Assembly (NCBI GenBank): GCA_963838845.1
Contig: CAWISR010000003.1
Location: 384,851 to 448,850 of the forward strand
Reading direction: 5' to 3'
DNA from: an uncultured Acidimicrobiaceae bacterium
Lineage (GTDB): Bacteria > Actinomycetota > Acidimicrobiia > Acidimicrobiales > Bog-793
Length of the DNA: 64,000 nt
A program made the position numbers and the translations under genes. Shown piece after piece: positions 28,789 to 39,412 of this stretch. Below the pieces are notes generated by a model. The model ran no database searches. It was given only the letters and a program-made list of their open reading frames with translations, and was not told where the DNA came from. Position 1 is the stretch's first letter, and every line of letters starts with the position of its first letter.

Positions 28789-30198
28789 GTGCTCGTGATT
28801 CCTGAGCGCATCCGATCGATCGTCGCAGAGGTCGACGAGCTCGCTCGCCGATTCTCCGAAGCGGGATATCACCTCTACCTCGTTGGTGGTCCCGTGCGTG
28901 ACGCGATCGCCGGGGCGCCCGGCGGCGAGGCTCCATTCGGCCCGGATGCCGACCTCGATCTCACGACGGACGCTCGGCCAGACGAGATCGAGCGCCTCAT
29001 CAAGGGCTGGGCCGATTCGGTGTGGCTGCAGGGAAAGCGCTTCGGAACCGTGGGGGCGTCGCACGATGGGCGGCGTTTCGAGATCACGACCCATCGAGCG
29101 GATGTTTACGTCCCCGAATCGCGTAAGCCCGAAGTGGAGTTCGGGGACGACGTCGTGACCGACCTTTCTCGTCGCGACTTCACCATCAACGCGATGGCAC
29201 TATCGCTCCCGGATCTCGAATTCATCGATCCCTTCGACGGCTTGGCGGATCTCGGATCGCGCACGCTGCGCACGCCGCTCGACCCTGAGACGTCGTTCCG
29301 CGATGACCCGCTGCGCATGCTGCGCGCGGCGCGCTTCATCGCGGGATACCAACTGACCCCAACCGAAGAACTGGTTGACGCGGTGCGTCGCCTCGCAGAA
29401 CGGCTTCCGATCGTGTCCGCAGAACGCATCCGCGACGAGCTCAACCGGCTGATCGTGCTCCCTGATCCGGAGCCAGGACTGTGGTTCGTCGTTGAGACCG
29501 GTCTTGCTGATCAGTTCCTCCCTGAGCTACCTGCGTTGGCGCTCGAGCAAGATGCAGTGCACCGCCACAAAGATGTTCTCGCGCACACGATTGCCGTTGT
29601 CGGAAAGACGCGCCCAGACGAGGTGCTGCGTTTGGCGGCGCTCCTGCACGACATCGGAAAGCCGCAAACTCGCGCCTATGGGCCCGAAGGCGTGAGCTTC
29701 CATCACCACGATGTCGTCGGCGCTCGCATGGCGCGCAAGCGGCTTGAAGCGCTGCGTTATCCCCAAGACGAGATCGATGCCGTCACTCGACTCATCGAAC
29801 TGCACCTGAGATTCCACACCTACAGGATGGGTTGGACAGACTCTGCACTCCGACGCTATCCGCGCGACGCCGGGCCGTTGCTCCAACGCTTGAACGAGCT
29901 GACGCGTGCCGACTGCACGACACGCAACGTTGAGCGCGCACGTGAGCTCGAGACGCGAATGGACGAACTCGAAGCGAGGCTCGCGGAGCTTTCGACTCGT
30001 GAGGCTCTCGACGCGATGCGACCCGAACTGGACGGCAACGAAGTGATGGCCCACCTCGGCATCGGACCCGGTCCGGCAGTCGGACGCGCCCTCGCTTATC
30101 TGTTGGAGATCCGCCTTGACGAGGGACTGCTCGGTAAGGAGGAGATCACCCGCCGACTCGACCGGTGGTGGACCGAGGACGGACGGACACTGTCCTAG
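28789..30198 (+). CDS. cca: CCA tRNA nucleotidyltransferase / PcnA family
   Basis: [12 protein letters not shown]...[12 protein letters not shown] (PolyA_pol head), a C-terminal HD region ([18 protein letters not shown]). Confidence 0.85.
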   Translation: MLVIPERIRSIVAEVDELARRFSEAGYHLYLVGGPVRDAIAGAPGGEAPFGPDADLDLTTDARPDEIERLIKGWADSVWLQGKRFGTVGASHDGRRFEITTHRADVYVPESRKPEVEFGDDVVTDLSRRDFTINAMALSLPDLEFIDPFDGLADLGSRTLRTPLDPETSFRDDPLRMLRAARFIAGYQLTPTEELVDAVRRLAERLPIVSAERIRDELNRLIVLPDPEPGLWFVVETGLADQFLPELPALALEQDAVHRHKDVLAHTIAVVGKTRPDEVLRLAALLHDIGKPQTRAYGPEGVSFHHHDVVGARMARKRLEALRYPQDEIDAVTRLIELHLRFHTYRMGWTDSALRRYPRDAGPLLQRLNELTRADCTTRNVERARELETRMDELEARLAELSTREALDAMRPELDGNEVMAHLGIGPGPAVGRALAYLLEIRLDEGLLGKEEITRRLDRWWTEDGRTLS

Positions 30199-31286
30199 GG
30201 GGTCTCGGCGTTCGCCGCGAAGCGCTCGACGAGTTGGCGCGCCTCCTCGTCGTGGTACTGGACGGGCGGCGACTTCATGAAGTACGCCGACGGCCCGACG
30301 AGGGGTCCGCCGACGTGGCGATCGAGACCGATGCGGGCGCAGCGGATCGCGTCGATGATGACGCCGGCGGAGTTCGGTGAGTCCCACACTTCGAGCTTCA
30401 ATTCGAGGTTCAGCGGCACGTCGCCGAAGTTCCGGCCCTCCAAGCGGATGTACGCCCATTTGCGGTCCTCGAGCCAGGGCACGTGGTCGGAGGGTCCGAT
30501 ATGCACTGACTCCGGCGCGATCCCTGCTTCGATCTGGCTGGTCACGGCCTGGGTTTTCGACACCTTCTTCGACTCGAGTCGCTCGCGCTCCAACATGTTC
30601 TTGAAGTCCATGTTGCCGCCAACGTTCAGCTGGTATGTGCGGTCGACTACCGTGCCGCGGTCTTCGAAAAGCCGCGCCAGCATGCGGTGAACGATCGTGG
30701 CGCCAACCTGGCTCTTGATGTCGTCGCCGACGATCGGGACGCCTGCCGCGGTGAACTTCTCGGCCCAGACCGGATCGCTGGCGATAAACACCGGGATCGC
30801 GTTCACGAACGCGACGCCGGCGTCGATCGCCGCCTGCGCGTAGAACTTCTGCGCTTGGTCCGAACCGACCGGAAGGTATGAAACGAGGACTTCGGCACCG
30901 GAGTCACGCAGCGCCTGCGCCACGTCGACCGGCGGCTTCGGCGACTCTTCGACGACTTGTCGGTAGTACTTGCCGAGCCCATCGAGGGTCGGTCCGCGAA
31001 GAACCGTGACCCCGATCGGGGGGACCTCGGAGAAACGGATCGTGTTGTTGTGCCCGGCAAAGATCGCCTTGTCGAGCTCGAGGCCGACCTTCTCCGCATC
31101 GACATCGAAGGCGGCGACGAACTCGATGCCGCCGACGTGGTACCCGCCGAGCGTTACGTGCATCAGACCTGCTACGGACTCGTTCGGATCCGCGTCGCGG
31201 TAATACTCAACGCCTTGCACGAGCGAGCTGGCGCAGTTACCGACGCCGGCGATCGCGACTTTGATCCTTCTTTTTGGCTGGCTCAT
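30195..31286 (-). CDS. ino1: myo-Inositol-1-phosphate synthase
   Basis: [22 protein letters not shown]-terminus. 363 aa. Synteny with PadR as in Rv0046c/0047c. Confidence 0.9.
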   Translation of the reverse strand: MSQPKRRIKVAIAGVGNCASSLVQGVEYYRDADPNESVAGLMHVTLGGYHVGGIEFVAAFDVDAEKVGLELDKAIFAGHNNTIRFSEVPPIGVTVLRGPTLDGLGKYYRQVVEESPKPPVDVAQALRDSGAEVLVSYLPVGSDQAQKFYAQAAIDAGVAFVNAIPVFIASDPVWAEKFTAAGVPIVGDDIKSQVGATIVHRMLARLFEDRGTVVDRTYQLNVGGNMDFKNMLERERLESKKVSKTQAVTSQIEAGIAPESVHIGPSDHVPWLEDRKWAYIRLEGRNFGDVPLNLELKLEVWDSPNSAGVIIDAIRCARIGLDRHVGGPLVGPSAYFMKSPPVQYHDEEARQLVERFAANAETP

Positions 31287-32050
31287 CGGGCTGGCCGCTC
31301 TCCTTGTTTCGTGCCTGCGCTGCTCGTCGCGGCGACAGGCGTGGGTTCGTCGTGGGCGCGTCGAGCAGCCCGACGGGGTCGTGGCGTCGACGGCGGAGGT
31401 GTTTCAAGTCGTTCGAGCAGGTGGCGCTCGCGTTCAAGGAGCCGCTCCACCCAGGAAAGGTCGGCAGCGATGGTGTCTTTCGCGTGCTCGGCGAGCGAGA
31501 GTTCGTAGTCGTCCATCGGTCGCTGTGGCCGGACGAGTGACCGCTCCGAGCGCTGCAGGCGGTCGATCAGCTGGCTGCGGCGCCGCTCGAGCAGCCGCAC
31601 CCGCGCTTGCGGGCTGAGGTGCTTCGCGAACGCGAGTCGAAGCGAGAAGCCTTTCGGATCCTCGGCGGGCCCGTCGTTCGACTCGAGCAGCTCCTCGAAG
31701 AGGTGTTCGCCGCTGGGTGTGATCGCGTAGACCTTGCGCGCCCTCGTCGATCGAGCCCCCAACGCCGCCGCGGCGTCACCGAGCGATCGGCGGGCGACGA
31801 TCGCGGCACGCTCGCCGGCGAGTGAACCGGTGAGGGGGAGAGGCTCCTCACGACGGCGAGAACGGCGCGCCGAGACCGCGGGTTCGAGGGTGCTGAGCGC
31901 ACCGGCCGCCTCGAGGCGGGCGAGCGCAGGGTAGAGCGAGCCGAACGACAGGTTCGAGAGCACCCCAAAGTCCTCGCGGAGGGACTTGCGGATCTCATAG
32001 CCGTGCATCGGCCGCTCTTTCAGCAACCCCAGGATTGCGAGTTCGAGCAC
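31283..32050 (-). CDS. PadR family transcriptional regulator
   Basis: [23 protein letters not shown]...[11 protein letters not shown] winged-helix motif. ATGA overlap with ino1. Confidence 0.85.
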   Translation of the reverse strand: MLELAILGLLKERPMHGYEIRKSLREDFGVLSNLSFGSLYPALARLEAAGALSTLEPAVSARRSRRREEPLPLTGSLAGERAAIVARRSLGDAAAALGARSTRARKVYAITPSGEHLFEELLESNDGPAEDPKGFSLRLAFAKHLSPQARVRLLERRRSQLIDRLQRSERSLVRPQRPMDDYELSLAEHAKDTIAADLSWVERLLERERHLLERLETPPPSTPRPRRAARRAHDEPTPVAATSSAGTKQGERPAR

Positions 32051-32178
32051 GAACCCATATTACACGGCGATGTATCGAATCGATATGTCGATCCGATGAC
32101 GAACGCGTTTTCGAACGACGGGCCTTCCCCGGGGGAAAGCAGCCTTTACCGCACCACCTGGCAGGTAGCCTGCCGAAC

Positions 32179-32595
32179 GTGCATCCGGGTTCGGAGTCCG
32201 ACGCCGAGCGTTCCGCCCCGCGAGGTCTCGGCCAGATCGAGTACCGGCTCGCCCGCGACTCGGTCGTCCGGGAATTCCACAATGGGCGTCTCTCCCGCAT
32301 CGACGTCTGCGATGCGCATCCCGAACTGTTGCGCGTGGCCCGCAATTTGGGCCATGTCACCGAGGTGGACTGCCCGATCTGCGAGCAGGCGAAGGTCGTC
32401 CACGTCGCCTTCGCCTTTGGCAACCGTCTCCCCCCGGGCGGTCGGGCGCTGCCGATGAACGGTGGCATCCGCGACCTCGCGGGCCACCGCGAGGACGTCG
32501 CGTTCTATGTCGTCGAGGTGTGCATCGCGTGTTCGTGGAATCACGTCTTACGGATGTTCACGGGTCGAGTCGCCAGGAGACGCCCCGCCGTCTAG
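32179..32595 (+). CDS. Conserved Cys-rich small protein (DUF5318-like)
   Basis: Start set to GTG 32179. Contains CPIC...CIAC plus CDAHPELL. Divergent from the PadR/ino1 pair as in other actinobacteria. Family name is recalled only. Confidence 0.55.
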   Translation: MHPGSESDAERSAPRGLGQIEYRLARDSVVREFHNGRLSRIDVCDAHPELLRVARNLGHVTEVDCPICEQAKVVHVAFAFGNRLPPGGRALPMNGGIRDLAGHREDVAFYVVEVCIACSWNHVLRMFTGRVARRRPAV

Positions 32596-32679
32596 TCCTC
32601 GAGTCCCGGTCCCAAGGATCACCGAGATAGCCTGGTCTTGCCGCCGGTAGCCAGCTGCACTGGACGGCAGGAGGTCGAG

Positions 32680-33540
32680 ATGACCGGACCCGTGACAGTT
32701 CCTTCGGTCGCGAGCCGCAAGCGTGCCCGCGGCGACGAACCGATCGTGATGGTCACCGCGTACGACGAGCCCTTCGCCCGCTTCGCCGACGAGGCAGGGG
32801 TCGACCTCATCCTTGTTGGTGACTCGGTGGCCGACAACGTCCTCGGATACGAGAACACCCTCCAAGTCGAGGTCGCGCAGATCGCACACCACGTGGGAGC
32901 GGTTGCCCGAGCTCGGACGCGTGCGCTCGTTGTCGCCGACCTTCCCTGGATGAGCTACCACCTCGACCCGCTCGACGCGGTGCGCAACGCGGCGACGCTG
33001 ATCCGCGCCGGCGCGAAGGCGGTGAAGCTCGAAGGCGGGCGCCGGCGGCTGCCGGTGATCCACGCTCTTTTGGATGCTGAGATCCCGGTGATGGGACACC
33101 TCGGGCTCACCCCGCAGTCGGTGCTCGTCTTCGGGGGGTTCCGGATCCAGGGGCGCGCGCCCGAAGCCGCGCTCGCGCTCGAGCTCGATGCGAAGGCCCT
33201 CGACGCGGCAGGCGTGTTCGCGATCGTCCTCGAGGGCGTGCCCGACCGCCTCGCCGAGCGGATCACCGAATCAGTCGAGATCCCGACGATCGGTATCGGC
33301 GCCGGCCCGCGTACCGACGGTCAGGTGCTCGTGATCCACGATCTCTTGGGGATGTCAGCCCGCCGGCCCGCGAAATTCGTGCGCCGCTACGCCGAGTTGG
33401 GAGATCTCGCGAGCGATGCGATCCGGCGCTTCGCCGCCGATGTGCGCAGTGGCTCATACCCCTCGGGCGACGAGAGCTACCACGCGTCCGACGAACTCGC
33501 GGAAGCGCTCGAAGAGGTTCATCGGGACGACACGCGGTAG
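32680..33540 (+). CDS. panB: 3-methyl-2-oxobutanoate hydroxymethyltransferase
   Basis: ATG 32680 is preceded by GGCAGGAGG. IVMVTAYD, LILVGDS and VKLEGG motifs. Confidence 0.9.
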   Translation: MTGPVTVPSVASRKRARGDEPIVMVTAYDEPFARFADEAGVDLILVGDSVADNVLGYENTLQVEVAQIAHHVGAVARARTRALVVADLPWMSYHLDPLDAVRNAATLIRAGAKAVKLEGGRRRLPVIHALLDAEIPVMGHLGLTPQSVLVFGGFRIQGRAPEAALALELDAKALDAAGVFAIVLEGVPDRLAERITESVEIPTIGIGAGPRTDGQVLVIHDLLGMSARRPAKFVRRYAELGDLASDAIRRFAADVRSGSYPSGDESYHASDELAEALEEVHRDDTR

Positions 33541-33695
33541 GCCGCGCGCAACGCCGGGTCGCGACGATCGTGACGTGGGTCACCGATCAGGCGGCGAACG
33601 TACTCGGCTACGATGCGTGCGTCCTGACCACCCCTGCTCCGGCGTGACCGGAGCCCCGGGCACTGCTGCGCCGGGTCCAGAGGAGGTGAGCCGCC

Positions 33696-34022
33696 CTGCG
33701 GCCCTACGAAATTGCCGTCATCTTCGATGCCGGCCTCGATGAGAACGACATCAAAGCGACGACCGATCGCGTGAGCGAGATCGTCCAGTCCGTCGGTGGT
33801 TCGGTGAGCGGAATCGAACGCTGGGGCCGACGTGCCTTCGCGTACGAGCTGAAGCACCGCGGCGAGGGCATCTACCTGTTTATCGACGTCGTCGCGACGC
33901 CTGAAGCGATCGCGGAGGCGGATCGGTTCCTCTCGTTGTCCGACGAGGTGCTGCGCCACCGGGTTATCCGCAAACCGGACAAGATCGCCGGCCAAGCGCA
34001 AGCGTCGACTCCAACGAGCTAG
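33696..34022 (+). CDS. rpsF: 30S ribosomal protein S6 (initiates at CTG in this sequence)
   Basis: The conserved N-terminus (M)RPYEIAVIFDAGLDENDIKATTDR lies upstream of the first canonical start (GTG 33771). An in-frame TGA at 33687-33689 leaves only GCC GCC CTG before it. AGGAGG at 33681-33686 is 9 nt upstream of CTG 33696. Confidence 0.85.
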   Translation: MRPYEIAVIFDAGLDENDIKATTDRVSEIVQSVGGSVSGIERWGRRAFAYELKHRGEGIYLFIDVVATPEAIAEADRFLSLSDEVLRHRVIRKPDKIAGQAQASTPTS

Positions 34023-34040
34023 CGAGCAAAAGAGGCAGCT

Positions 34041-34505
34041 ATGGCGAACGGAAACAACGTCGTGCTGATTGGCAACGTCACGCGCGACCCCGAACTGCGG
34101 TTCACCCCGTCCGGGCAGGCGACCGCGAGCTTCGGCCTTGCGGTGAATCGGCGCTGGCAGAACCGCCAGACCCAAGAGTGGGAGGAAGCGACGTCGTTTT
34201 TCGACGTCGTCTGCTGGCGCGAGCTTGCCGAGAACGTCTCCGAATCAGTGACGAAAGGTGCTCGCCTCATCGTCAGTGGGCGGCTCGAGCAGCGGTCGTG
34301 GGAGACCCCCGACGGCGACAAGCGCTCGAAGGTCGAGGTCGTCGCAGACGAACTCGGCCCGAGCTTGCGGTGGGCGACAGCCCAGGTGATGAAGAACGAG
34401 CGCCGCGGACCGGGTGGTGACGGTCGTCCCGCAGGTGGCGCGGGCAGCGGGCGTAGACCGTCGAGCGCCCAAACGGGGACGTCTGAAGACGAGGAGCCAT
34501 TCTGA
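34041..34505 (+). CDS. ssb: Single-stranded DNA-binding protein
   Basis: [22 protein letters not shown]-fold N-terminus, Gly-rich linker, acidic tip DEEPF. Confidence 0.95.
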   Translation: MANGNNVVLIGNVTRDPELRFTPSGQATASFGLAVNRRWQNRQTQEWEEATSFFDVVCWRELAENVSESVTKGARLIVSGRLEQRSWETPDGDKRSKVEVVADELGPSLRWATAQVMKNERRGPGGDGRPAGGAGSGRRPSSAQTGTSEDEEPF

Positions 34506-34993
34506 TGGCAAGGAACAACGATCGGGAGCGCACGAGTCGTCGCGTGCCGAAGGACAACGGGCGGCGCCAGAAAAAAAAGGTATGCGTCTTTTGCCGCGAC
34601 AGCATCGACTTCGTCGATTACAAGGACGTGAATCTGCTTCGAAAATTCATCTCCGACCGCGGCAAGATCAGGGCGCGCCGGGTCTCCGGCAACTGCGCGC
34701 AGCATCAGCGCGCCGTCGCCCGCGCGATCAAGACGACGCGGGAGCTCGCGCTCTTGCCGTACACCCAGCGCACGACGAACGAGCGCCCGGGTGGACGGGG
34801 CGGCGGTCGGGGCGGCCGCGGTCCCGGTCGGTTCGAGACGCGCCCCGCGCCGGAGGAGGTAGGGGCGGCCAGTGCAGCGGACACCGACGTCGAGGTCGAC
34901 GTAGACCACTCGGTCGAGCCGCTCGAGGACGCCCGGCTCGAGGACGCGCCGGTCGAGGCGGCGGTTGGCGCCGCGGAGGAGTCCGCCGAATGA
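34505..34993 (+). CDS. rpsR: 30S ribosomal protein S18 with ~76-aa C-terminal RGG/acidic extension
   Basis: S18 core KKVCVFCRD...[34 protein letters not shown] ends at aa 86. The ORF continues [22 protein letters not shown]...EESAE to a TGA overlapping the rplI ATG. Confidence 0.85.
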   Translation: MARNNDRERTSRRVPKDNGRRQKKKVCVFCRDSIDFVDYKDVNLLRKFISDRGKIRARRVSGNCAQHQRAVARAIKTTRELALLPYTQRTTNERPGGRGGGRGGRGPGRFETRPAPEEVGAASAADTDVEVDVDHSVEPLEDARLEDAPVEAAVGAAEESAE

Positions 34994-35433
34994 GGGTGGT
35001 GCTTCGCAGCGATCTCGAAGGGATCGGCAAGCGCGGCGACGTCGTCGAGGTTGCGGACGGTCACGCCCGCAACTACCTGCTGCCGAGCGGACACGCCTTT
35101 CCTGCCACCGCGAAGGTTCTCGATCAGGCAAGCAAGATGCGCCGTGCCCGCGATGTCGCCGACGAGCGCGCCCGTCAAGCCGCGGAATCCATCGCTCAGC
35201 AACTCGTCCCCGTCACGATTTCCATTACCGCGCGTGTCGGTCGGAACGGTCGGCTGTTCGGATCTGTCACCGCGGCTGAAATCGTGGCGGCGGTCGAAGC
35301 ACAGACTGGCGTCGCTCTCGATCGGCACAAACTGGTCATCCGCGATCCGATCCGTTCGGTCGGCACGCATGAGGTCGGTGTGCGTCTCCATCCTGACGTG
35401 GAATTCGCGATCACGATCGAGGTTTCGGGCTAG
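34990..35433 (+). CDS. rplI: 50S ribosomal protein L9
   Basis: [32 protein letters not shown]. 147 aa. ATGA overlap with rpsR. Confidence 0.9.
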   Translation: MRVVLRSDLEGIGKRGDVVEVADGHARNYLLPSGHAFPATAKVLDQASKMRRARDVADERARQAAESIAQQLVPVTISITARVGRNGRLFGSVTAAEIVAAVEAQTGVALDRHKLVIRDPIRSVGTHEVGVRLHPDVEFAITIEVSG

Positions 35434-35674
35434 ACGACGAGCGCTCGTTGGTCGCGGATGCGACCAATGAATCCCTCTGACCTGGGCGTTCATACAGCCT
35501 GCGCGTACCGTGCATGGAGATGGGACGCTTTCGGTGGTGCATTGCTGAGGCTGCGTTGGCGCAATTCACAGGCGTGACGGCGTTCTTCACCGTGAAGTCA
35601 CAGGGCGGCAGCGGTTATCCCGAGGGCTATCCGGAACATACGGGCGTAGTGCCCCACAGCTCGGGACGGGCAGT

Positions 35675-37061
35675 GTGAGCGGCGCCATGCTCCAGCCGCT
35701 CGACGAGACGAAGCGACGCCCGCGTCGCTCCTCGGCGATGGCGACGACGGGTCGCGTGCCACCGCACAATCTCGAAGCCGAAGAATCGCTGCTCGGCGCG
35801 ATGCTGTTGTCACACGACGCGATCGCGATTGGCATCGAAAAGTGCACCCGCGTGGATTTCTACAAGCCGTCGCACGCTCTCGTCTTCGACGCGATCGAGA
35901 CGTTGTTCGGTCGCGCCGAGCCCGCCGACGCAGTGAGCGTCGCCGAGGAACTGCGCCGACGAGGCGTGCTGGAAGAGATCGGCGGGGCGGCGGTGCTCGC
36001 GACGCTTCAGTCGAAGACGGCGGCGATCTCAAGTACTCCGAGATACGCCCGTATCGTCGTCGAAAATGCCCTGCTCAGGCGCCTGATCGGCGTGGCGAAT
36101 GAGATCGCCGAGATCGGCTACGGGCTCCCAGAGGACGTCTCGGAGGCGATCGACCACGCCGAGCAGATGGTGTACGACGTTGCCCGTCACCAGGCGACAG
36201 ACACCGTTGAGCCGATAAACGACCTTCTCGGCCGAACGCTCGACGAACTCGAGCGGCTGTACGAACGTGGCGAATCGATCACCGGAGTGCCGACGGGATA
36301 CCACGATCTCGACGAGAAGCTGTCGGGACTGCAGGCATCGAACCTCGTGATCGTCGGTGCGCGACCGTCGATGGGGAAGACCGCGTTCGCACTCGGGCTC
36401 GCCGCGCATGCGGCAATGCAAGGCACTCCGGTGCTGTTCTTTTCATTGGAGATGGGCCATCTAGAGATTGCACAGCGTGTGCTCTGCGGCGAGGCGCAAG
36501 TCGACCAGACGCGATTGCGCAACGGAAAGCTGCGTGATGCCGACTGGCGGAAGATCTCCAACGCGATCGGGCGGATCGGCGCGTCGAAGCTCTATATCGA
36601 TGACAACCCGAATGCAACAGTGATGGACATGCGCGCGAAGGCGCGCCGCATGCGCAGTCGCGACGGACTCGGACTCGTCGTCGTCGACTACCTGCAGCTG
36701 ATGCGGTCGCCGTCGAGTGCGGAGAACCGACAGGTTGAGATCTCCGAGATCAGCCGTGGCCTGAAGATCCTCGCCCGCGAATTGAAGATCCCCGTCGTCG
36801 CGTTCGAGCCAGCTCTCGCGGGCGCTCGAGACCCGTTCGGACAAACGTCCGGTGCTCGCCGACCTGCGTGAGTCGGGCGCGATCGAGCAGGACGCCGACG
36901 TGGTGCTGTTCATCAACCGCGACGAGGTCTACAACCCGGACACGCCAGAAAAGGGCACGGCGCAGATTCAGATCGCGAAGCACCGCAACGGACCGATTGG
37001 CCAGGTCACGCTGGCGTTCGTTCCCGAGCACGCCCGATTTGGCAACCTCGCCCGGGTCTGA
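35675..37061 (+). CDS. dnaB: Replicative DNA helicase DnaB, interrupted by a 1-nt insertion near 36803-36806 in this assembly
   Basis: [17 protein letters not shown]-terminus, Walker [12 protein letters not shown]. The frame switches from ...LKIPVVA to (L)[33 protein letters not shown]. Span is 1387 nt (3n+1). Normal length (~461 aa), so no intein. Confidence 0.9.
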
Positions 37062-37128
37062 TCCACAGGCGACCGCCCCCTTAATCTCAGATTCCACACA
37101 GCGTATTCTCAGAAGTTCGGGCAAAAAT

Positions 37129-37836
37129 GTGCCTGTGCAGTCGGGGACTGGCGCCCGCGTCCTCGTCGTCGACGACGAGCAGAACATCACCGACCTCGTC
37201 GCGACGGCGCTCCGTTACGAAGGCTTCGAGGTGTCGACGGCTTCGACCGGCCGGCAGGCGCTTGAGGGAGTGGAGCGAAACCGGCCCGATCTTCTTGTCC
37301 TCGACATCATGCTTCCCGACGTCGACGGATTCGAGATCGCGCGCCGGTTGCGCCAGGACGGGCGTCGCGTGCCGATCTTGTTCCTCACCGCGAAGGACGC
37401 GACCGAGGACAAGGTGCGTGGACTCACGCTCGGTGGGGATGACTACGTGACGAAGCCTTTCAGCCTCGAAGAGCTCGTCGCGCGGGTGCGTGCTGTACTC
37501 CGCCGCACCGGCAACGGCGCGACGAGTGGAGCGCGACTGTCGTTCGCCGATCTCGAACTCGACGAGGAGACGCACGAGGTTTTCCGCGGGAAGACCCTGA
37601 TCGATCTCACGCCGACCGAGTTCAAGCTGTTGCGATACTTCTTGTTGAATCCGCGCAGGGTGCTTTCAAAGTCCCAGATCCTCGACTACGTGTGGGAGTA
37701 CGACTTCGGAGGGGACGCGAACGTCGTCGAGACATACGTGAGCTACCTGCGGAAAAAGATCGACAAGCTCGGCCCGCCTCTCATTCACACGCTGCGCGGG
37801 GTCGGCTACAGCCTGCGGATTCCGCAGGGCACCTGA
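37129..37836 (+). CDS. OmpR/PhoB-family response regulator
   Basis: Receiver domain RVLVVDDE...DLLVLDIMLPDVDG...LTAKD, and a winged-helix output (LTPTEFKLLRYF, RGVGYSL). GTG start at 37129 or 37135. Confidence 0.9.
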   Translation: MPVQSGTGARVLVVDDEQNITDLVATALRYEGFEVSTASTGRQALEGVERNRPDLLVLDIMLPDVDGFEIARRLRQDGRRVPILFLTAKDATEDKVRGLTLGGDDYVTKPFSLEELVARVRAVLRRTGNGATSGARLSFADLELDEETHEVFRGKTLIDLTPTEFKLLRYFLLNPRRVLSKSQILDYVWEYDFGGDANVVETYVSYLRKKIDKLGPPLIHTLRGVGYSLRIPQGT

Positions 37837-37849
37837 ACACGTCCACCTG

Positions 37850-39412
37850 ATGGAGACACTCGGGCGGGTGAGATCGGCGATCTCCCGCCACTGGCGGACG
37901 ATGTCGCTGCGCGCGCGCCTCAGCATCGGTCTCGTACTCGTGACCGCGGTCGGCTTGGTTGTCGCCGATGTCATCATCTACGGCCAGATCGAGTCCTACC
38001 TCTCCGGACAGGTTGACTCCGAGCTACAGACGACGCTCAACACCGTCATCGATGAGATGACTTCCGGGCCATTCCGCCAGTTCAACTTCAGCAACACCGC
38101 GCCGCTCGGTACCTACGGCGCGTTCGTTTCCGCATCTGGGACCGTCCAGCACACCTCGACGAATCTCATCGCGCCGCCCCCGACGCTGCCATCGTGGGTC
38201 GAGACCGCTTCGCCCCCGACGGGTGTGACGCGGTACTTCTCGGCGTCGGCGGAAGGCGAAGCAGCGTTCCGCTATCGCGTTCTCGTGCGTTCCGGGACCC
38301 TCAATGAATTCGGCCAGCCGTCGGTGAACGGGTACGTGCTCGTCGCGGTTCCGATCCAGTCACTCGATGCGACCCTCACTCGGCTGACCGCGATCGACGT
38401 CGCGGTATCGGCGGTCGTTCTCCTCGTGCTGGCGTTCGTCGGGTACGGCGTCGTCCGCATCGGCATGAGGCCGCTCGAAGAGATCGAACGGACCGCAGGC
38501 GCGATCGCCGCGGGTGATCTGTCACAACGCGTCGAGCGCGAGGACGACCGCACCGAGGTCGGCCGGCTCGGAGCGTCCTTGAACGAGATGCTCCAGCAGA
38601 TCGACCGTGCCTTCAACGAACAACGAGCCTCAGAGGACCGGCTGCGGCAGTTCCTCGCCGACGCCTCGCACGAGCTCCGCACGCCGATCACCTCGATCCG
38701 CGGTTATTCGGAGCTGTTCCGACGCGGAGCCGCCGCGCGACCCGACGACCTCGCGGCTTCGATGCGGAGGATCGAGGAGGAAGCGACGCGGATGGGCGTG
38801 CTCGTCGACGACCTGTTGCTGCTCGCGCGCCTCGATCAGGGACGAACGCTCGACCACCGCCCGGTCGATCTCGCCGCCCTCGCTCGCGAGGCGGTACAGC
38901 AAGCCGAGGTCGTCTCGCCGTCGCGCCCGATCGCCCTCGAGGCGACGGAACCGGTCGTCGTGACGGGCGACGAGCAGCGCCTTCGCCAGGTCGTCTCGAA
39001 CCTCGTGGGCAACGCGATCGCGCACACGCCGGACGGGGCGGCGATTGCGGTCTCGGTCAAATCGTCGGACGGTTGTGCTCGTCTCGTCGTTCGCGACGAG
39101 GGTCCAGGAGTCGCCGAAGCGCACCGCGGACGGATCTTCGAGCGCTTCTATCGCGCCGATCCCTCGCGAGCGCGGGAAAGCGGCGGGGCAGGTCTTGGCC
39201 TTTCGATCGTCGCGTCGATCGCCGCAGCGCACGGCGGGCGCGCTTTCCTCGAATCTGATGGCCATCCGGGCGCGACCTTCGTTGTCGAGATCCCGCTCTC
39301 GACGGTCCCCGAAGCGCACGACGTCGTCGTCACGGTGAATCGCGACGGACTCGACGGCGACGACGAGTCAGCGTTTCTCAGCGATGGTGACGCCGTCGCC
39401 GATCGGAAGTAG
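37850..39412 (+). CDS. Sensor histidine kinase (TM-HAMP-HisKA-HATPase)
   Basis: H-box FLADASHELRTPITSIRGY, N-box LVGNAIAHTP, G-boxes DEGPGV and GGAGLGLSIV. The last 45 nt overlap the convergent methyltransferase gene. Confidence 0.9.
   Translation: METLGRVRSAISRHWRTMSLRARLSIGLVLVTAVGLVVADVIIYGQIESYLSGQVDSELQTTLNTVIDEMTSGPFRQFNFSNTAPLGTYGAFVSASGTVQHTSTNLIAPPPTLPSWVETASPPTGVTRYFSASAEGEAAFRYRVLVRSGTLNEFGQPSVNGYVLVAVPIQSLDATLTRLTAIDVAVSAVVLLVLAFVGYGVVRIGMRPLEEIERTAGAIAAGDLSQRVEREDDRTEVGRLGASLNEMLQQIDRAFNEQRASEDRLRQFLADASHELRTPITSIRGYSELFRRGAAARPDDLAASMRRIEEEATRMGVLVDDLLLLARLDQGRTLDHRPVDLAALAREAVQQAEVVSPSRPIALEATEPVVVTGDEQRLRQVVSNLVGNAIAHTPDGAAIAVSVKSSDGCARLVVRDEGPGVAEAHRGRIFERFYRADPSRARESGGAGLGLSIVASIAAAHGGRAFLESDGHPGATFVVEIPLSTVPEAHDVVVTVNRDGLDGDDESAFLSDGDAVADRK

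Noticed and set aside
33541-33695. Possible structured rpsF leader (S6:S18-binding RNA)
   Set aside because: Only a short CCCGG/CCGGG stem could be seen by eye. This cannot be supported without a covariance-model search.
37060-37099. TGATCCACA and GATTCCACA just downstream of dnaB as DnaA boxes
   Set aside because: Only the TCCACA core is shared. Two isolated degenerate hits are expected by chance in 64 kb.
39368-39412. 45-bp convergent overlap of the histidine kinase and O-methyltransferase 3' ends as a regulatory antisense arrangement
   Set aside because: The kinase tail beyond the ATPase domain is unconserved-looking, so its true stop may be affected by the assembly's indel problem. There is not enough evidence for a functional claim.
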